From: Bacillota bacterium
GTDB lineage: Bacteria; Bacillota; Clostridia; Peptostreptococcales; Anaerovoracaceae
DNA: 51,580 nt
NCBI GenBank assembly: GCA_017428655.1
Contig: JAFRQL010000105.1
Coordinates: forward strand, 1 to 51,580
Reading direction: 5' to 3'
Position 1 is the stretch's first letter, and the number at the start of each line of letters is the position of its first letter. Of this stretch, positions 8,880 to 17,915 are shown piece after piece. A model generated the notes under the pieces. That model was not told where the DNA came from. It worked only from the letters and a program-made list of their open reading frames with translations, and did no database searches. The position numbers and the translations under genes are program-made.

Positions 8880-9281
8880 TGAAAGTCTCCTTCTGAACTT
8901 CTACAGGATTACAGACGTAATTCATTATATCGGTTTTCCTCGTTAAAAGTTCATCAATTTGGGCCTTTTGCCATGGTAAATATTAAAGCTAAGTATAATC
9001 AAAATCGATAGGTCAAAAGTTAGCGGCCGCTTTTCCTCCGGAGGATGGCGAAGGAGCCCGAAACTCCGCCCGAAAGCCCGCGAAATTCAAAAAATAAACA
9101 TCGCCAGAGTTTTCTGGTAAAAGCCTCCATGACCGCGAAACAGGCGCATTTTCTCATTTCCATCTCATTGACATATTATTTTTTGATAGCTCCGCTCCGG
9201 TAGGAAAGCCGCCCCGCCCTCCCGGAAAAAGCCCGCCCCGGGGCCCTGCGGGAATATATCCCGCAGGCACAGAAAAATACA

Positions 9282-9308
9282 TTGATTTTTGCATATTTGG
9301 TATATAAT
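9282..9308 (+). promoter_or_regulatory. Candidate sigma-A promoter for the YitT-family gene
   Basis: TTGATT (9282-9287), then TGgTATATAAT (extended -10 with TATAAT at 9303-9308). The spacer is short (15 nt), so only moderate support. Confidence 0.35.
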
Positions 9309-9345
9309 CATAGCGGCTGCAAACCGCCGCGAAAGGATCCCTCAA

Positions 9346-10224
9346 ATGACACTCGACAAAAGCAAACTCACCCGCATCGGGATGATAGTCTTAGGCAACC
9401 TGATCTACGCCCTCAGCGTCAACCTGATCATAACCCCCGTCCACCTGTACAGCGGAGGCTTCACCGGCATCGCCCAGCTGATCAGGCTCTTCCTTTTGGA
9501 GTTCCTCCATATCCCCCAGATCCCCGGCCTGGACTACATGGGCGCCATCTACTTCCTCATCAACGTGCCCCTGTTCATCATGGCCTACAGGATCATGGGA
9601 AGAGGCTTCTGCCTGAGCACCGTGGCGACCATCGCCATGTGCTCCGCCTTCCTCGCGGTGATACCGGTCCCGCCGACTCCCATCATCGAGGACACCCTGC
9701 TCTCCGCCGTCATCGGAGGCATCGGCTGGGGATACGCTGCGGGCATCGTCCTCAAGGCCGGAAGCTCCCAGGGGGGCCAGGACGTCATCGGCGTCTGCCT
9801 GGCCAAGACCCATCCGGACTTCAAGGTCGGCTCCATCGGGATAGTCATCAGCATATGCATATACGGTATATGCCTCTTCGTGTATGATATAGAGACCGTC
9901 CTCTACTCGATGATCTTCGCCGTCGCCGCGGGTATGACCATCGACCGGGTCCACACCCAGAACATCAAGATCCAGTGCATGATCTTCACCAAGAAGGAGG
10001 GCCTTGCCGAGGCTATAATGACCGAGCTCAGGCGCGGGGTCACCACCTGGGAGGGCTCGGGAGCATACACAAAGGACGGGGAGCACATACTGGTCACCGT
10101 CATCTCCAAGTACGAGGAGCACCACCTGCGCGAGATCCTTTCCAGGATCGATCCCGCGGCCTTCATGATAATCACTGACAAGGCCAGGGTGGCGGGAAAT
10201 TTCGAAAAGCGCTTCACTGAATAA
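9346..10224 (+). CDS. YitT-family integral membrane protein (DUF161 repeats plus C-terminal DUF2179)
   Basis: Multi-TM N-part with GGFTGIAQLI and GGQDVIG motifs, and a soluble C-terminal domain (GVTTWEGSGAYT...VISKYE...DPAAFMII). Start moved to the ATG at 9346 (AAAGGA SD); the ORF-track start at 9289 lies inside the promoter. Confidence 0.8.
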   Translation: MTLDKSKLTRIGMIVLGNLIYALSVNLIITPVHLYSGGFTGIAQLIRLFLLEFLHIPQIPGLDYMGAIYFLINVPLFIMAYRIMGRGFCLSTVATIAMCSAFLAVIPVPPTPIIEDTLLSAVIGGIGWGYAAGIVLKAGSSQGGQDVIGVCLAKTHPDFKVGSIGIVISICIYGICLFVYDIETVLYSMIFAVAAGMTIDRVHTQNIKIQCMIFTKKEGLAEAIMTELRRGVTTWEGSGAYTKDGEHILVTVISKYEEHHLREILSRIDPAAFMIITDKARVAGNFEKRFTE

Positions 10225-10244
10225 AGCGCAGGATAATATGCATG

Positions 10245-10277
10245 AAAAGAGCGGGCCCCGCAGAGGGACCCGCTTTT
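10245..10277. terminator. Bidirectional rho-independent terminator between the convergent YitT gene and the aldolase operon
   Basis: AAAAGA-GCGGGCCCC-GCAGA-GGGACCCGC-TTTT. A-run and T-run flank a GC-rich 9-bp stem. Confidence 0.7.
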
Positions 10278-10300
10278 ATCATACCGTTATAATCAGGATA

Positions 10301-11089
10301 TCACTTCAGCCTGCTTCTGATGTCCGCGTTGAGAGCCCTGTAAGCCTCGGTGAAGATGATGTAATCCTGGCTGCAGGCTACACCGTCGTAGCCTTCCTTA
10401 AGGTATGCCGCGGTCTTCTCGGCCGACGTGGAGAAGGTGTAGCAGATCTTCCCCGCCGCCCTGCAGGCTTCAAATACCCTCTTTTCCGCCGCTTTGAACT
10501 CGGGAAGGTCGAACCGGCCCGCTATGCCCATGGCGGTGGAAAGGTCGAAGGGCCCGATGAAGATGCCGTCGATCCCCGGGATAGCCGCGATCTCTTCGAT
10601 GTTTTCCAGAGCCTCCCTGGTCTCGCACTGGGGCATTACGATGAGCCTGTCGTTGGAGTTCTCGAAATACTCCTCAAGGCTTTTAGTGTCCGCCCAGTCC
10701 GCGCAGCCGAAGCCGGCTCCCCTGCCCTTTATGAAGCCTCTGTTCCCCAGGGGAGTGAACTTGGCAAGGTCGACCAGCCTTCTGAAATCCGGGACGTCCC
10801 TAAGGCAGGGAACGATGATCCCCTGGGCTCCGCAGTCGGCCGCCCTCTGGATCTCCTTGTGGTCAACGTTGGCGATCCTCACCATCGGGACCAGACCGCG
10901 GAGCTCCGCAGCCCTGATGAGGTCCATCATGGTCTCGGTATCGAAGGGCCCGTGCTCGCAGTCGATGATGACGAAATCAAGGCCGCTGAAGCCCAGGCAC
11001 TCCATGAAGCTCATGTTGCCTCCGCTGAAGAAGGTGCCCACGGCCCCTTCCTTTTTTTCGAACATATTTCTCAGTCTGTTGAGTGACAT
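10301..11089 (-). CDS. HpcH/HpaI-family class II (pyruvate-forming) 2-oxoacid aldolase
   Basis: 262 aa. GLDFVIIDCEHGP, VRIANVD and QCETREALENIEEIAAIPGIDGIFIGPFDLS are typical of HpaI/GarL/YfaU aldolases. Confidence 0.8.
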   Translation of the reverse strand: MSLNRLRNMFEKKEGAVGTFFSGGNMSFMECLGFSGLDFVIIDCEHGPFDTETMMDLIRAAELRGLVPMVRIANVDHKEIQRAADCGAQGIIVPCLRDVPDFRRLVDLAKFTPLGNRGFIKGRGAGFGCADWADTKSLEEYFENSNDRLIVMPQCETREALENIEEIAAIPGIDGIFIGPFDLSTAMGIAGRFDLPEFKAAEKRVFEACRAAGKICYTFSTSAEKTAAYLKEGYDGVACSQDYIIFTEAYRALNADIRSRLK

Positions 11090-11104
11090 GGGACCTCTCC
11101 TTTC

Positions 11105-12310
11105 CTAAGCCAGCTTCTCCTTAAGGAAGCCTCCCAGCTTCTTAAGGTTCTCTTCGATCACGTCCTCGGTAAGGCCGCTGAAATTGAGCCTCATGGTGCT
11201 CCTGCCGGAGCCCTCGGGGTTGCCCTCGGTATAGAAGGTGCTCCCGATCCCATAGCAGATGTCCAGTTCGTCGGCGATCTCCTTTGCCATGCCGGTCATG
11301 TCAAGGCCGGGCACCTCAGCCCAGACGTAGTAGCCTCCGTCGGGGACGGTGTGTTTGGTGCAGGCGGGGAAATACGCGTCCAGGGCCTTCAGCATGGCGT
11401 CCCTTCTGCTCCTGTAAAGGCCGCAGAGGTATTCGAGGTGGTCTTCGTAATATCCGCGCTTGAAGAACGAGGCGGCGATGGCCTGGGCCATGGTGTTGGT
11501 GCAGGTGTCCGTGCAGAGCTTGATGTCAGAGAAGGCCGCGATCTGCTCGTCTGAAGCCAGGATGAAGCCCAGCCTGCTGCCCGGAGAGAAGATCTTGGAG
11601 AAGCTTCCCGAGAGGATCACGTTGCCGCTCCTGTCGAAGCTCTTTACGAAGGGCAGATGCTCTCCGCTGTAGCGGATCTCCCTGTAGGGATCATCCTCAA
11701 GAACGATGACGTCGTACTCTTCTGCCAGCTGCGCCAGCCTCTTTCTCCTCTCAAGGCTCAGGGTCACTCCTGTGGGATTGTGGAAGGTCGGCACGGTGTA
11801 GATCATCTTGGGATGATATTCCCGGATCTTCCGCTCCAGATCCTCCATGTCCATGCCCTGATCGTCCAGGTCCACGGGGACGAGCCTCGCCTCGAACATC
11901 TTGAAGATAGTGGTCCCATGGATGAAGGACGGGGATTCCACAAGGATCACGTCGCCGGGCTCGATGTAGAGCTGGCAGAGGAAGTTCATGGGCTGGATGC
12001 CTCCCGCCGTGATCATGATATTTTTGATGTCGGCCTCAAGGCCTCTGGGAGCCAGCAGGCAGTCCCTTACGGCCTCCCTTAAGGAGTCCAGACCCATGGT
12101 CCCGCCGTATTTCACCGCGTCCAGGCCCTTTTCCGGGCCCGAGAAGACCTCGCCGCAGATGTCCCTGATCTTATCGAAGGGATAGGCCTCCACCGCGGGA
12201 GCCCCCGCTCCGAAGGATACCAGAGATCCTCCGGCAAGGGACGACGTGAGGGCGTGGAGCTGGCCTGCGGACTCCGCCATGGTCTCTATGCGTCTTGCGA
12301 ACTTCGCCAT
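11105..12310 (-). CDS. PLP-dependent aminotransferase, class I/II (2-aminoadipate/aromatic aminotransferase-like)
   Basis: 401 aa. Has TVPTFHNPTG, VLEDDPYREI and SGSFSKIFSPGSRLG (PLP lysine motif SxSK). Confidence 0.8.
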   Translation of the reverse strand: MAKFARRIETMAESAGQLHALTSSLAGGSLVSFGAGAPAVEAYPFDKIRDICGEVFSGPEKGLDAVKYGGTMGLDSLREAVRDCLLAPRGLEADIKNIMITAGGIQPMNFLCQLYIEPGDVILVESPSFIHGTTIFKMFEARLVPVDLDDQGMDMEDLERKIREYHPKMIYTVPTFHNPTGVTLSLERRKRLAQLAEEYDVIVLEDDPYREIRYSGEHLPFVKSFDRSGNVILSGSFSKIFSPGSRLGFILASDEQIAAFSDIKLCTDTCTNTMAQAIAASFFKRGYYEDHLEYLCGLYRSRRDAMLKALDAYFPACTKHTVPDGGYYVWAEVPGLDMTGMAKEIADELDICYGIGSTFYTEGNPEGSGRSTMRLNFSGLTEDVIEENLKKLGGFLKEKLA

Positions 12311-12346
12311 TTGATCCTTCCTTTCCCGGCCAGGCCGGAAGTATCG

Positions 12347-13558
12347 CTAAATGTCCCTGTCCTCTTTGAGGCAGCCCAGGACCGTCGCAAAGAGGGAGAT
12401 CTTCTTTTCGATGGAGGAGATCCTCATCCTCTCGTCGTGGGTGTGGATCTGGATCTGATAGGTGCCCAGAGCGTCGACGGTGGGGATGCCGTGATAACTG
12501 TACCAGCTGGCGGTGCCGCTGCCGCCGGTCCTCTGGACCACCAGTTCGTCGCCGTGGAGCCTGCCGCAGTCCCTGACGTACTCGTAGAGCCTCTTGTTCT
12601 TCTCGTCCTCTTCCATGGGGACGCTGACCCTGTCCAGAGTGACTTTGACCTTGGTGCCGTCGGCGTAGTATTTGGGCCCCTTGTTCATGAGATCCACGAT
12701 CTCCTTTACCCTGTCCAGATCCGCGGAATTGGCGATCCTCACCGAGATCGCGGCGGTGGCGTGGCCGGAGACCACGTTGGCGGGATCGTCGTTGACTACC
12801 CTGCCCACGTTGAACTGGATGCCTCTCTCGTCGTCGTTGTACTTGAGGAGCTCCATCAGCTGGAAGGCCAGCTCGAACATTGCGCTCCTTCCCGCCTTGT
12901 AATTGATGCCCGAGTGGGACCTGATGCCCTCCACGTCGATGGTGATGCCGCAGGAGCCCTTCCTGGCGATGAGGACGCCGTCCTCGTCCCTGGAGGATTC
13001 GAATACGAAGCAGAGGGTCTTTGAAGGATCCTCGGGGATGACCCTGCTGTGGAGCAGCTCGTTGCCGCCGCCTCCGCCGCCCTCTTCGTCGCACTCGAAG
13101 GCGAAGCAGATCTCCTTGTCGGGAAGAAGACCGTTCTCCATGGCGACCTTGACGGCCTTGACCGCAACCACCAGTCCGCCCTTGCAGTCGGTGATGCCGA
13201 GGCCCCAGGCGATGTCCGGATCCTTCTCGTCGATGTGGACGGGGAACTTCGCGCAGTCGCCCTGCTTGAAGACCGTGTCGGAGTGTCCCGAGATGATGAT
13301 CCTGCCGTTGGGGCTGCCTTCATTCAGGGTGGCCAGGATGTGGGTGCCGAAGCCTTCCTTGACGATCTTTTCGAACTTGAGGCCCTTGAGGTCCTTCATC
13401 ATGATCTCTTCGAGGGCGTTCACCATGTTGGCGCTCCCCACGGGATCTCCGTGGCCGGAGTCGATGGAAGCCAGCTTAACCAGCTCCTCAAAGGCTTCAT
13501 CCTTGTACTTCGCGGCTCCCTCGTCCGCTATCCTTGCTATGGTCTTCTTGTCGGGCAT
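12347..13558 (-). CDS. M20-family metallopeptidase (carboxypeptidase G2 / glutamate carboxypeptidase-like)
   Basis: Has HSDTV, GITDCKGG and CDEEGGG metal-ligand motifs plus a dimerisation insert. Start set at the ATG at 13558 (MPDKK) behind AAAGGAG; the ORF-track start at 13609 has no SD. Confidence 0.8.
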   Translation of the reverse strand: MPDKKTIARIADEGAAKYKDEAFEELVKLASIDSGHGDPVGSANMVNALEEIMMKDLKGLKFEKIVKEGFGTHILATLNEGSPNGRIIISGHSDTVFKQGDCAKFPVHIDEKDPDIAWGLGITDCKGGLVVAVKAVKVAMENGLLPDKEICFAFECDEEGGGGGGNELLHSRVIPEDPSKTLCFVFESSRDEDGVLIARKGSCGITIDVEGIRSHSGINYKAGRSAMFELAFQLMELLKYNDDERGIQFNVGRVVNDDPANVVSGHATAAISVRIANSADLDRVKEIVDLMNKGPKYYADGTKVKVTLDRVSVPMEEDEKNKRLYEYVRDCGRLHGDELVVQRTGGSGTASWYSYHGIPTVDALGTYQIQIHTHDERMRISSIEKKISLFATVLGCLKEDRDI

Positions 13559-13624
13559 TTTTATCTCCTTTCGAGAGCCGGGCGTCCTGAGAGCCGAAAC
13601 CCGGCGCATATATCTCCTGACAAA

Positions 13625-13653
13625 AACTTACTGTCTGCGCCCCGAAATGTCAA
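13625..13653 (-). promoter_or_regulatory. Candidate sigma-A promoter of the M20-aminotransferase-aldolase operon
   Basis: Minus strand: TTGACA (13653-13648), 17-nt spacer, TAAGTT (13630-13625). About 65 nt upstream of the ATG. Confidence 0.45.
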
Positions 13654-13673
13654 GGGGCAAGAGTCCCCGGGCG

Positions 13674-13706
13674 AAAAAGTCCCCGCATCCTTTCGGACGC
13701 GGGGAC
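13674..13706 (-). terminator. Rho-independent terminator closing the T4SS-like locus
   Basis: Minus-strand hairpin GTCCCCGCGTCC-GAAA-GGATGCGGGGAC followed by TTTTT (A-run 13674-13678 on plus). About 60 nt after the stop of the 460-aa gene. Confidence 0.7.
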
Positions 13707-13764
13707 GGTCTTGAAAAAACTGTTCGCTTTATAGCGGTCCGGCCGGGCGGACCTGCCGATGGCC

Positions 13765-15147
13765 CTATACCGCCGGCTGGGGCTGAGCCTCGTTCTGCTG
13801 GGCTTCCGCCTGCTTTGCGGGAGCCTTCATCTTGTGGTACTCAAGGGCGAGCATCCCGCCGGTCTTGTCCAGCTGAAGGTCCTTGTTCATCCGGTTCCTG
13901 AAGACCTCGTCGGTCATGTACTTGTCCACCAGCTGGCCGAAGGCGGGATCCTTTCTGATCTGCTCCGCTCCGGCGGCAAAGCCCTGGTTGCTGGTCCTCA
14001 GGCCCGGATCCATCTTGGTGGATATCTCGTGGGCCAGCAGTATCTCGGAAAGGTACTGGGACGCGAAGTGCTTGTTGACCGGGCCTTCGGTGAGGGCGTT
14101 GGCGGCCCTGTTGAGCCTGAACTGGGAGGCTCCGACGGCATGGTTCCTGGTGCTCTTTCTCAGGGCATCCGTCAGGTCGCTGATCTGGCCCTTTTCGGCC
14201 ATCTTCTTGTATTCCTCCCTCTCGGCGCTGCTGGACATGGCGCGCCTGAAGGCGGATCCGCCCTGCATCAGCCTCGCCTTTTCCTTTTCCAGAGCCTCCG
14301 GCGTGATCATGGCGCCGTTCTTTCCCTTGGAAAGGTTCCTGACCGCCATGAGCTGGGCGCAGGAGTCCTCGGTGAACCGGACGCGGAGCCTGTTCTTCGC
14401 CTGGTTCTTCAGCTCCTCCGCCGTGAAGACCTTTCCGTTCATCCTGTCGCGGTTGAAGGACTCGGCCTCCAGAGACCTCTTGGGATGGGCCTGCTTGATC
14501 TCATCCAGATAGGAATCGAAGACGCTCTTGGGCATGAACTCCTTGAGGACGCACATTGCCTGCTTGAAGTGGGGCTGCTTCTTCTTGCCTCCTGGGACGT
14601 TGGCGGGACCGTTGATGTATTTCTTGATGGCGGTGGTCATGGACTTGTTCTCGGCAGGGGTCAGGGGCAGGCCCCTTTCCATCTTCTGCTGGGCGGCCTC
14701 CACCTGCTTCATCATCTCGATGTAGCTGGGATCCTTCTTCTCCAGCTCCGCGGGCCTTCCGACGACGCCGCCTTCCTTCAGGCTCTTTACCGCCTCATCC
14801 ATGAAGGCCTTGTCCTTGTGGACGCTCTCAGACCTGTCCCAGGCAAGTTTTTCTTCCCGCATATCGTTCTCGATGACGTATAAAAGCCCCGCGAGGCTCT
14901 CGACGTCTCCGGTCTTGGCGATCTCCATGGTCCTGGGATCCTTCATGAACTTCTTGAAGGCCGGCTGCTTCATCAGGGTCGCCGCGTTCTTCATCAGCTC
15001 CTGCTGGTCAGCCTCTTCGTTGGGCTTGTTCCAGACCAGAGCCATGGACCCCGCTATCAGCGAGGCGATGTTGACAGAACCCGGATTCCTTTTGACGTCC
15101 TCGCGCATATCGCTCATGAATCTGCCGTAGGTCAGCTTTATGGGCAT
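13765..15147 (-). CDS. Hypothetical hydrophilic, K/E/Q-rich helical protein, 460 aa, no signal peptide or TM
   Basis: Long ORF with SD GGGAGA 7 nt upstream of the ATG at 15147. No family recognised. It is the last gene before the terminator. Confidence 0.65.
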   Translation of the reverse strand: MPIKLTYGRFMSDMREDVKRNPGSVNIASLIAGSMALVWNKPNEEADQQELMKNAATLMKQPAFKKFMKDPRTMEIAKTGDVESLAGLLYVIENDMREEKLAWDRSESVHKDKAFMDEAVKSLKEGGVVGRPAELEKKDPSYIEMMKQVEAAQQKMERGLPLTPAENKSMTTAIKKYINGPANVPGGKKKQPHFKQAMCVLKEFMPKSVFDSYLDEIKQAHPKRSLEAESFNRDRMNGKVFTAEELKNQAKNRLRVRFTEDSCAQLMAVRNLSKGKNGAMITPEALEKEKARLMQGGSAFRRAMSSSAEREEYKKMAEKGQISDLTDALRKSTRNHAVGASQFRLNRAANALTEGPVNKHFASQYLSEILLAHEISTKMDPGLRTSNQGFAAGAEQIRKDPAFGQLVDKYMTDEVFRNRMNKDLQLDKTGGMLALEYHKMKAPAKQAEAQQNEAQPQPAV

Positions 15148-15175
15148 GGTCTCATCTCCCTTCGGATGATATCAT

Positions 15176-15940
15176 CTAATCGTTATAGGGATCCTTCTTC
15201 AGCACGAGGACCGATCCTTCGGCTTCCTTATCCTTCTCGGCTCCGTCATCCTCGTGTCCGGACTTTTGGGTCTCTTCGCCGTCCTCGCCTACGATGACCC
15301 AGCCCTGCTCCTCCAGATCCTTGCGCATCTCTTCCTTCTTGAGCTTCTTATACTCGCTGTCACCTTCCATGAGGGCCCAGCCGTCGGCGTCGGATTCCTT
15401 GATGTGGGAGAGCATCTCCTCTTCCCTCTTCTTCTTGGCCTCATTGAGGGTCTCGTGCATGTACATCATGACGGGCTTGAAGATGGGGTTGTTGGCCATG
15501 TTGGTGGACTGCTCGATCTCCTGAAGGGCCTGCTCCACCTTTATCTGGGACTTGACGCTCTTCATGAAGTTCTTCTTGCCCTTGGTGAAGCTCTTGACAT
15601 TCTCGAGGACCTTGTTGCTCAGGGCGACGTCGGTTATCTCACCGTTGAGGAACTGGTTGAGCATGTTCTCGAACTCGTCCCACTCGGGGCTGTCGTTGTC
15701 GTTTCCCCTCTCGGTCTCCATTATGGAGAGGATCATCTTGACCGTCGCTCTGGCTTCGGCCATCTGGGCCTCCTTGAGGGATCTTTCCTTCTGCTGACGC
15801 CTTGCATGGGCTTCGGCGGCGATGCTGGCGGGATCAGGCTCCTTCTTTTTTGGGGGCTCCTGAGGATCCTGCGACTTCTTTTTCGGCTCCTCGGAGGAGG
15901 CTACCGCCTTGTTCTTGATCTTCCTTCCAAATAGTGCCAT
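15176..15940 (-). CDS. Hypothetical highly charged protein (about 254 aa), no signal peptide or TM
   Basis: ORF-track start at 15949 is a GTG. The ATG at 15940 (MALFGRK) is preferred, with a weak SD. Basic/proline N-tail, acidic C-tail. No family recognised. Confidence 0.6.
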   Translation of the reverse strand: MALFGRKIKNKAVASSEEPKKKSQDPQEPPKKKEPDPASIAAEAHARRQQKERSLKEAQMAEARATVKMILSIMETERGNDNDSPEWDEFENMLNQFLNGEITDVALSNKVLENVKSFTKGKKNFMKSVKSQIKVEQALQEIEQSTNMANNPIFKPVMMYMHETLNEAKKKREEEMLSHIKESDADGWALMEGDSEYKKLKKEEMRKDLEEQGWVIVGEDGEETQKSGHEDDGAEKDKEAEGSVLVLKKDPYND

Positions 15941-16048
15941 ACGATCCACCCTTGTCTTTCCAATGAGATGCGCGGCTGTAGGTCCGCTTTTTCAGGCTTT
16001 TATACTGTTCTTTCCGCCGTTTTGGGGGCTCGGGACCCGCGGCCGGCC

Positions 16049-16092
16049 ATCATATGCCTTGATGATAAACGGGCCTGTCCAACAAATGTCCA
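16049..16092 (-). promoter_or_regulatory. Activator-type promoter: TGGACA-TTTGT-TGGACA direct repeat plus a -10-like TATGAT 21 nt downstream (copy B)
   Basis: The 18-nt string CTGTCCAACAAATGTCCA (plus, 16075-16092) is identical to 38408-38425. TATGAT is at 16054-16049 (minus). It lies in the 187-bp gap upstream of the 257-aa gene. Confidence 0.55.
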
Positions 16093-16136
16093 GCGAGCGG
16101 AAATTATTTTATTTGCGCGGCGCTGTCTGCGTTCTT

Positions 16137-17903
16137 TTATTTGCTCCCCCTTCTGTCCGGGCCCAGATATCTGAAGGCCAGCATGGTGATGTCGTCGAAC
16201 TGGTCCGCTCCGTCCACGAAGCTGTCGATCTTCTTTCTGACATAGGGGAGTATGACCTCGGGCTTTGAGCTGGACGCGCCGGTCAGGGCCTTCATCATCC
16301 TCGCCTCGCCGAACTGCTGCCTTTCGTCGGTCATTGCTTCGGTGACGCCGTCGGTGTACTGGAAGATGGCGTCTCCGGGGCTGAGGATCATCTCCTGGTC
16401 GGCAAAGGCGGGGTCGTCGTCCTGATCGAGGATCTCGGGCTCGAAGGCTCCCACCGCGACTCCGTTGTGCTTTTCAAGGAGGCTCCAGCGTCCGTCGTGA
16501 TAGTAGGCGGGCTTCTCGTGGCCCGCGTCCGCCCAGATCAGTTTTCCGGTGGAGATCTCCAGGATGCCCAGCCAGACGGTGACGAACATGTAGTACCTAT
16601 TGCCCTCGCAGATCTGCTCGTTGACCCGGTAGAGGATCCCCGCGGGATCGAGGCCCGCGAGAGCGGCGTCCTTGAGCATGGTCCTGGTGGTCATCATGAA
16701 GAGGGCCGCCGGGATCCCCTTGCCCGATACGTCTGCGATCACCATGGCCAGATGGTCGTCGTCGATCATGAAGAAATCGTAGAAGTCTCCTCCCACCTCC
16801 TTGGCGGGATCCATGGTCGCGTAGATGTCGAATTCGGTCCTGTCGGGGAAGGCCGGGAAGGTGCTGGGCAGCATGGCCGCCTGGATCCTGGTCGCAAGAT
16901 CCAGCTCGGTGCTGATCCTCTCCTTTTCCGCCGTTACCCTGGTGAGATCCGCCACCGATTCCTGGGCCTTCTTCTCCATGTCGGCCAGGACGAAGCTCAG
17001 GTTCTCGATCTCGTCTCCAGTGTGGATATCCAGGTCGGCGAAGTAACCGGCCGGGGAAGACTCTCCTGCCTCGTCGTCGATGTAGCGCTGGGCGGCGTCC
17101 GAGATGGTGTTGATGGGACCGATCACGGTCCTGCGCATGTGCCTTACCACCAGGGCGGCAACGATGAAGGCGGCGCATAAGGCTCCTATCAGCAGCTGGA
17201 GTGCGAAGATCCTCATATTCCGGGCTATGTTGGCAAGGGATACGTCGGCCATGACGAAGGCCGCGGTCCTGCCGCTGTCGTCCTTTACCGGGACCCCCGC
17301 GGTGCAGAGCCAACCGCTCCCCTTGATCTTTCTCACGTCGTAGAGGGTCCCCTGGCCGTCCCAGTCAAGGAAGGTGTCCATCTCATCGGACGAGACCCGG
17401 TCCCACTGGCCGGGGAGGCGCATGGTCTCGGGATCCTCATCGGGATCGACGATATAGACGATGGCGCCCGCCGCCCTGTCGTACATGGCCAGGTAGACGT
17501 CGGACACCCCTCTGGTGTCGCAGAACTCCCTGAGGACGTGGCGGATCGCCCCGTATTCGGTAAGCTCCGTGAACTGATCCAGGCTGCTGCGGTATCCTTC
17601 GGTCTCGGTCTTTTCCGACCCGGCCGCCGTGTGCTCCCTGTACTGCTCCAGGACCTGATCGGCCAGGGCAGCAGGATCCGCGTCCTCGTTCAGATCGATG
17701 GACATGGCCGCGTGATGGGCGGTGCTGAAGGCCAGCTCCACGTGCTGGTCGTACATGGCATATGTGTAAAAGCCCAGACCGATGATCTGGGCGACAAGAG
17801 CGAGCACCATGCAGCATATCATTATGGTGTGGAAGATGTGAGCGGAAAGAGCGTAGAACCTCCGCTCGGTATCGTTCATCTCCCGTATGGACTTCTTGGG
17901 CAT
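16137..17903 (-). CDS. Membrane-bound sensor PP2C phosphatase (SpoIIE/RsbU family) with two TM segments, an extracytoplasmic domain and a HAMP-like linker
   Basis: 588 aa with TM helices near aa 20-50 and 225-250. The C-terminal PP2C core has ATRIQAAMLP, GGDFYDF, VIADVSGKGIPAALFM, GHEKP and DDITMLAF. Confidence 0.85.
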   Translation of the reverse strand: MPKKSIREMNDTERRFYALSAHIFHTIMICCMVLALVAQIIGLGFYTYAMYDQHVELAFSTAHHAAMSIDLNEDADPAALADQVLEQYREHTAAGSEKTETEGYRSSLDQFTELTEYGAIRHVLREFCDTRGVSDVYLAMYDRAAGAIVYIVDPDEDPETMRLPGQWDRVSSDEMDTFLDWDGQGTLYDVRKIKGSGWLCTAGVPVKDDSGRTAAFVMADVSLANIARNMRIFALQLLIGALCAAFIVAALVVRHMRRTVIGPINTISDAAQRYIDDEAGESSPAGYFADLDIHTGDEIENLSFVLADMEKKAQESVADLTRVTAEKERISTELDLATRIQAAMLPSTFPAFPDRTEFDIYATMDPAKEVGGDFYDFFMIDDDHLAMVIADVSGKGIPAALFMMTTRTMLKDAALAGLDPAGILYRVNEQICEGNRYYMFVTVWLGILEISTGKLIWADAGHEKPAYYHDGRWSLLEKHNGVAVGAFEPEILDQDDDPAFADQEMILSPGDAIFQYTDGVTEAMTDERQQFGEARMMKALTGASSSKPEVILPYVRKKIDSFVDGADQFDDITMLAFRYLGPDRRGSK

Positions 17904-17915
17904 ACTGCCTCCGTT

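Noticed and set aside
8880-9288. 409-bp region upstream of citD, examined for a cobalamin riboswitch or other leader element. Also the small ORF 9154-9345 (-) and the hairpin CCTGCGGG-AATATAT-CCCGCAGG at 9245-9267.
   Set aside because: I recognised no riboswitch core (no B12-box-like element that I can identify by eye). The 63-aa ORF lacks an SD and has an antisense-like composition. The hairpin has no adjoining T-run. A TATAAT at 8930-8925 (minus) lacks a properly spaced -35, so no promoter is annotated.
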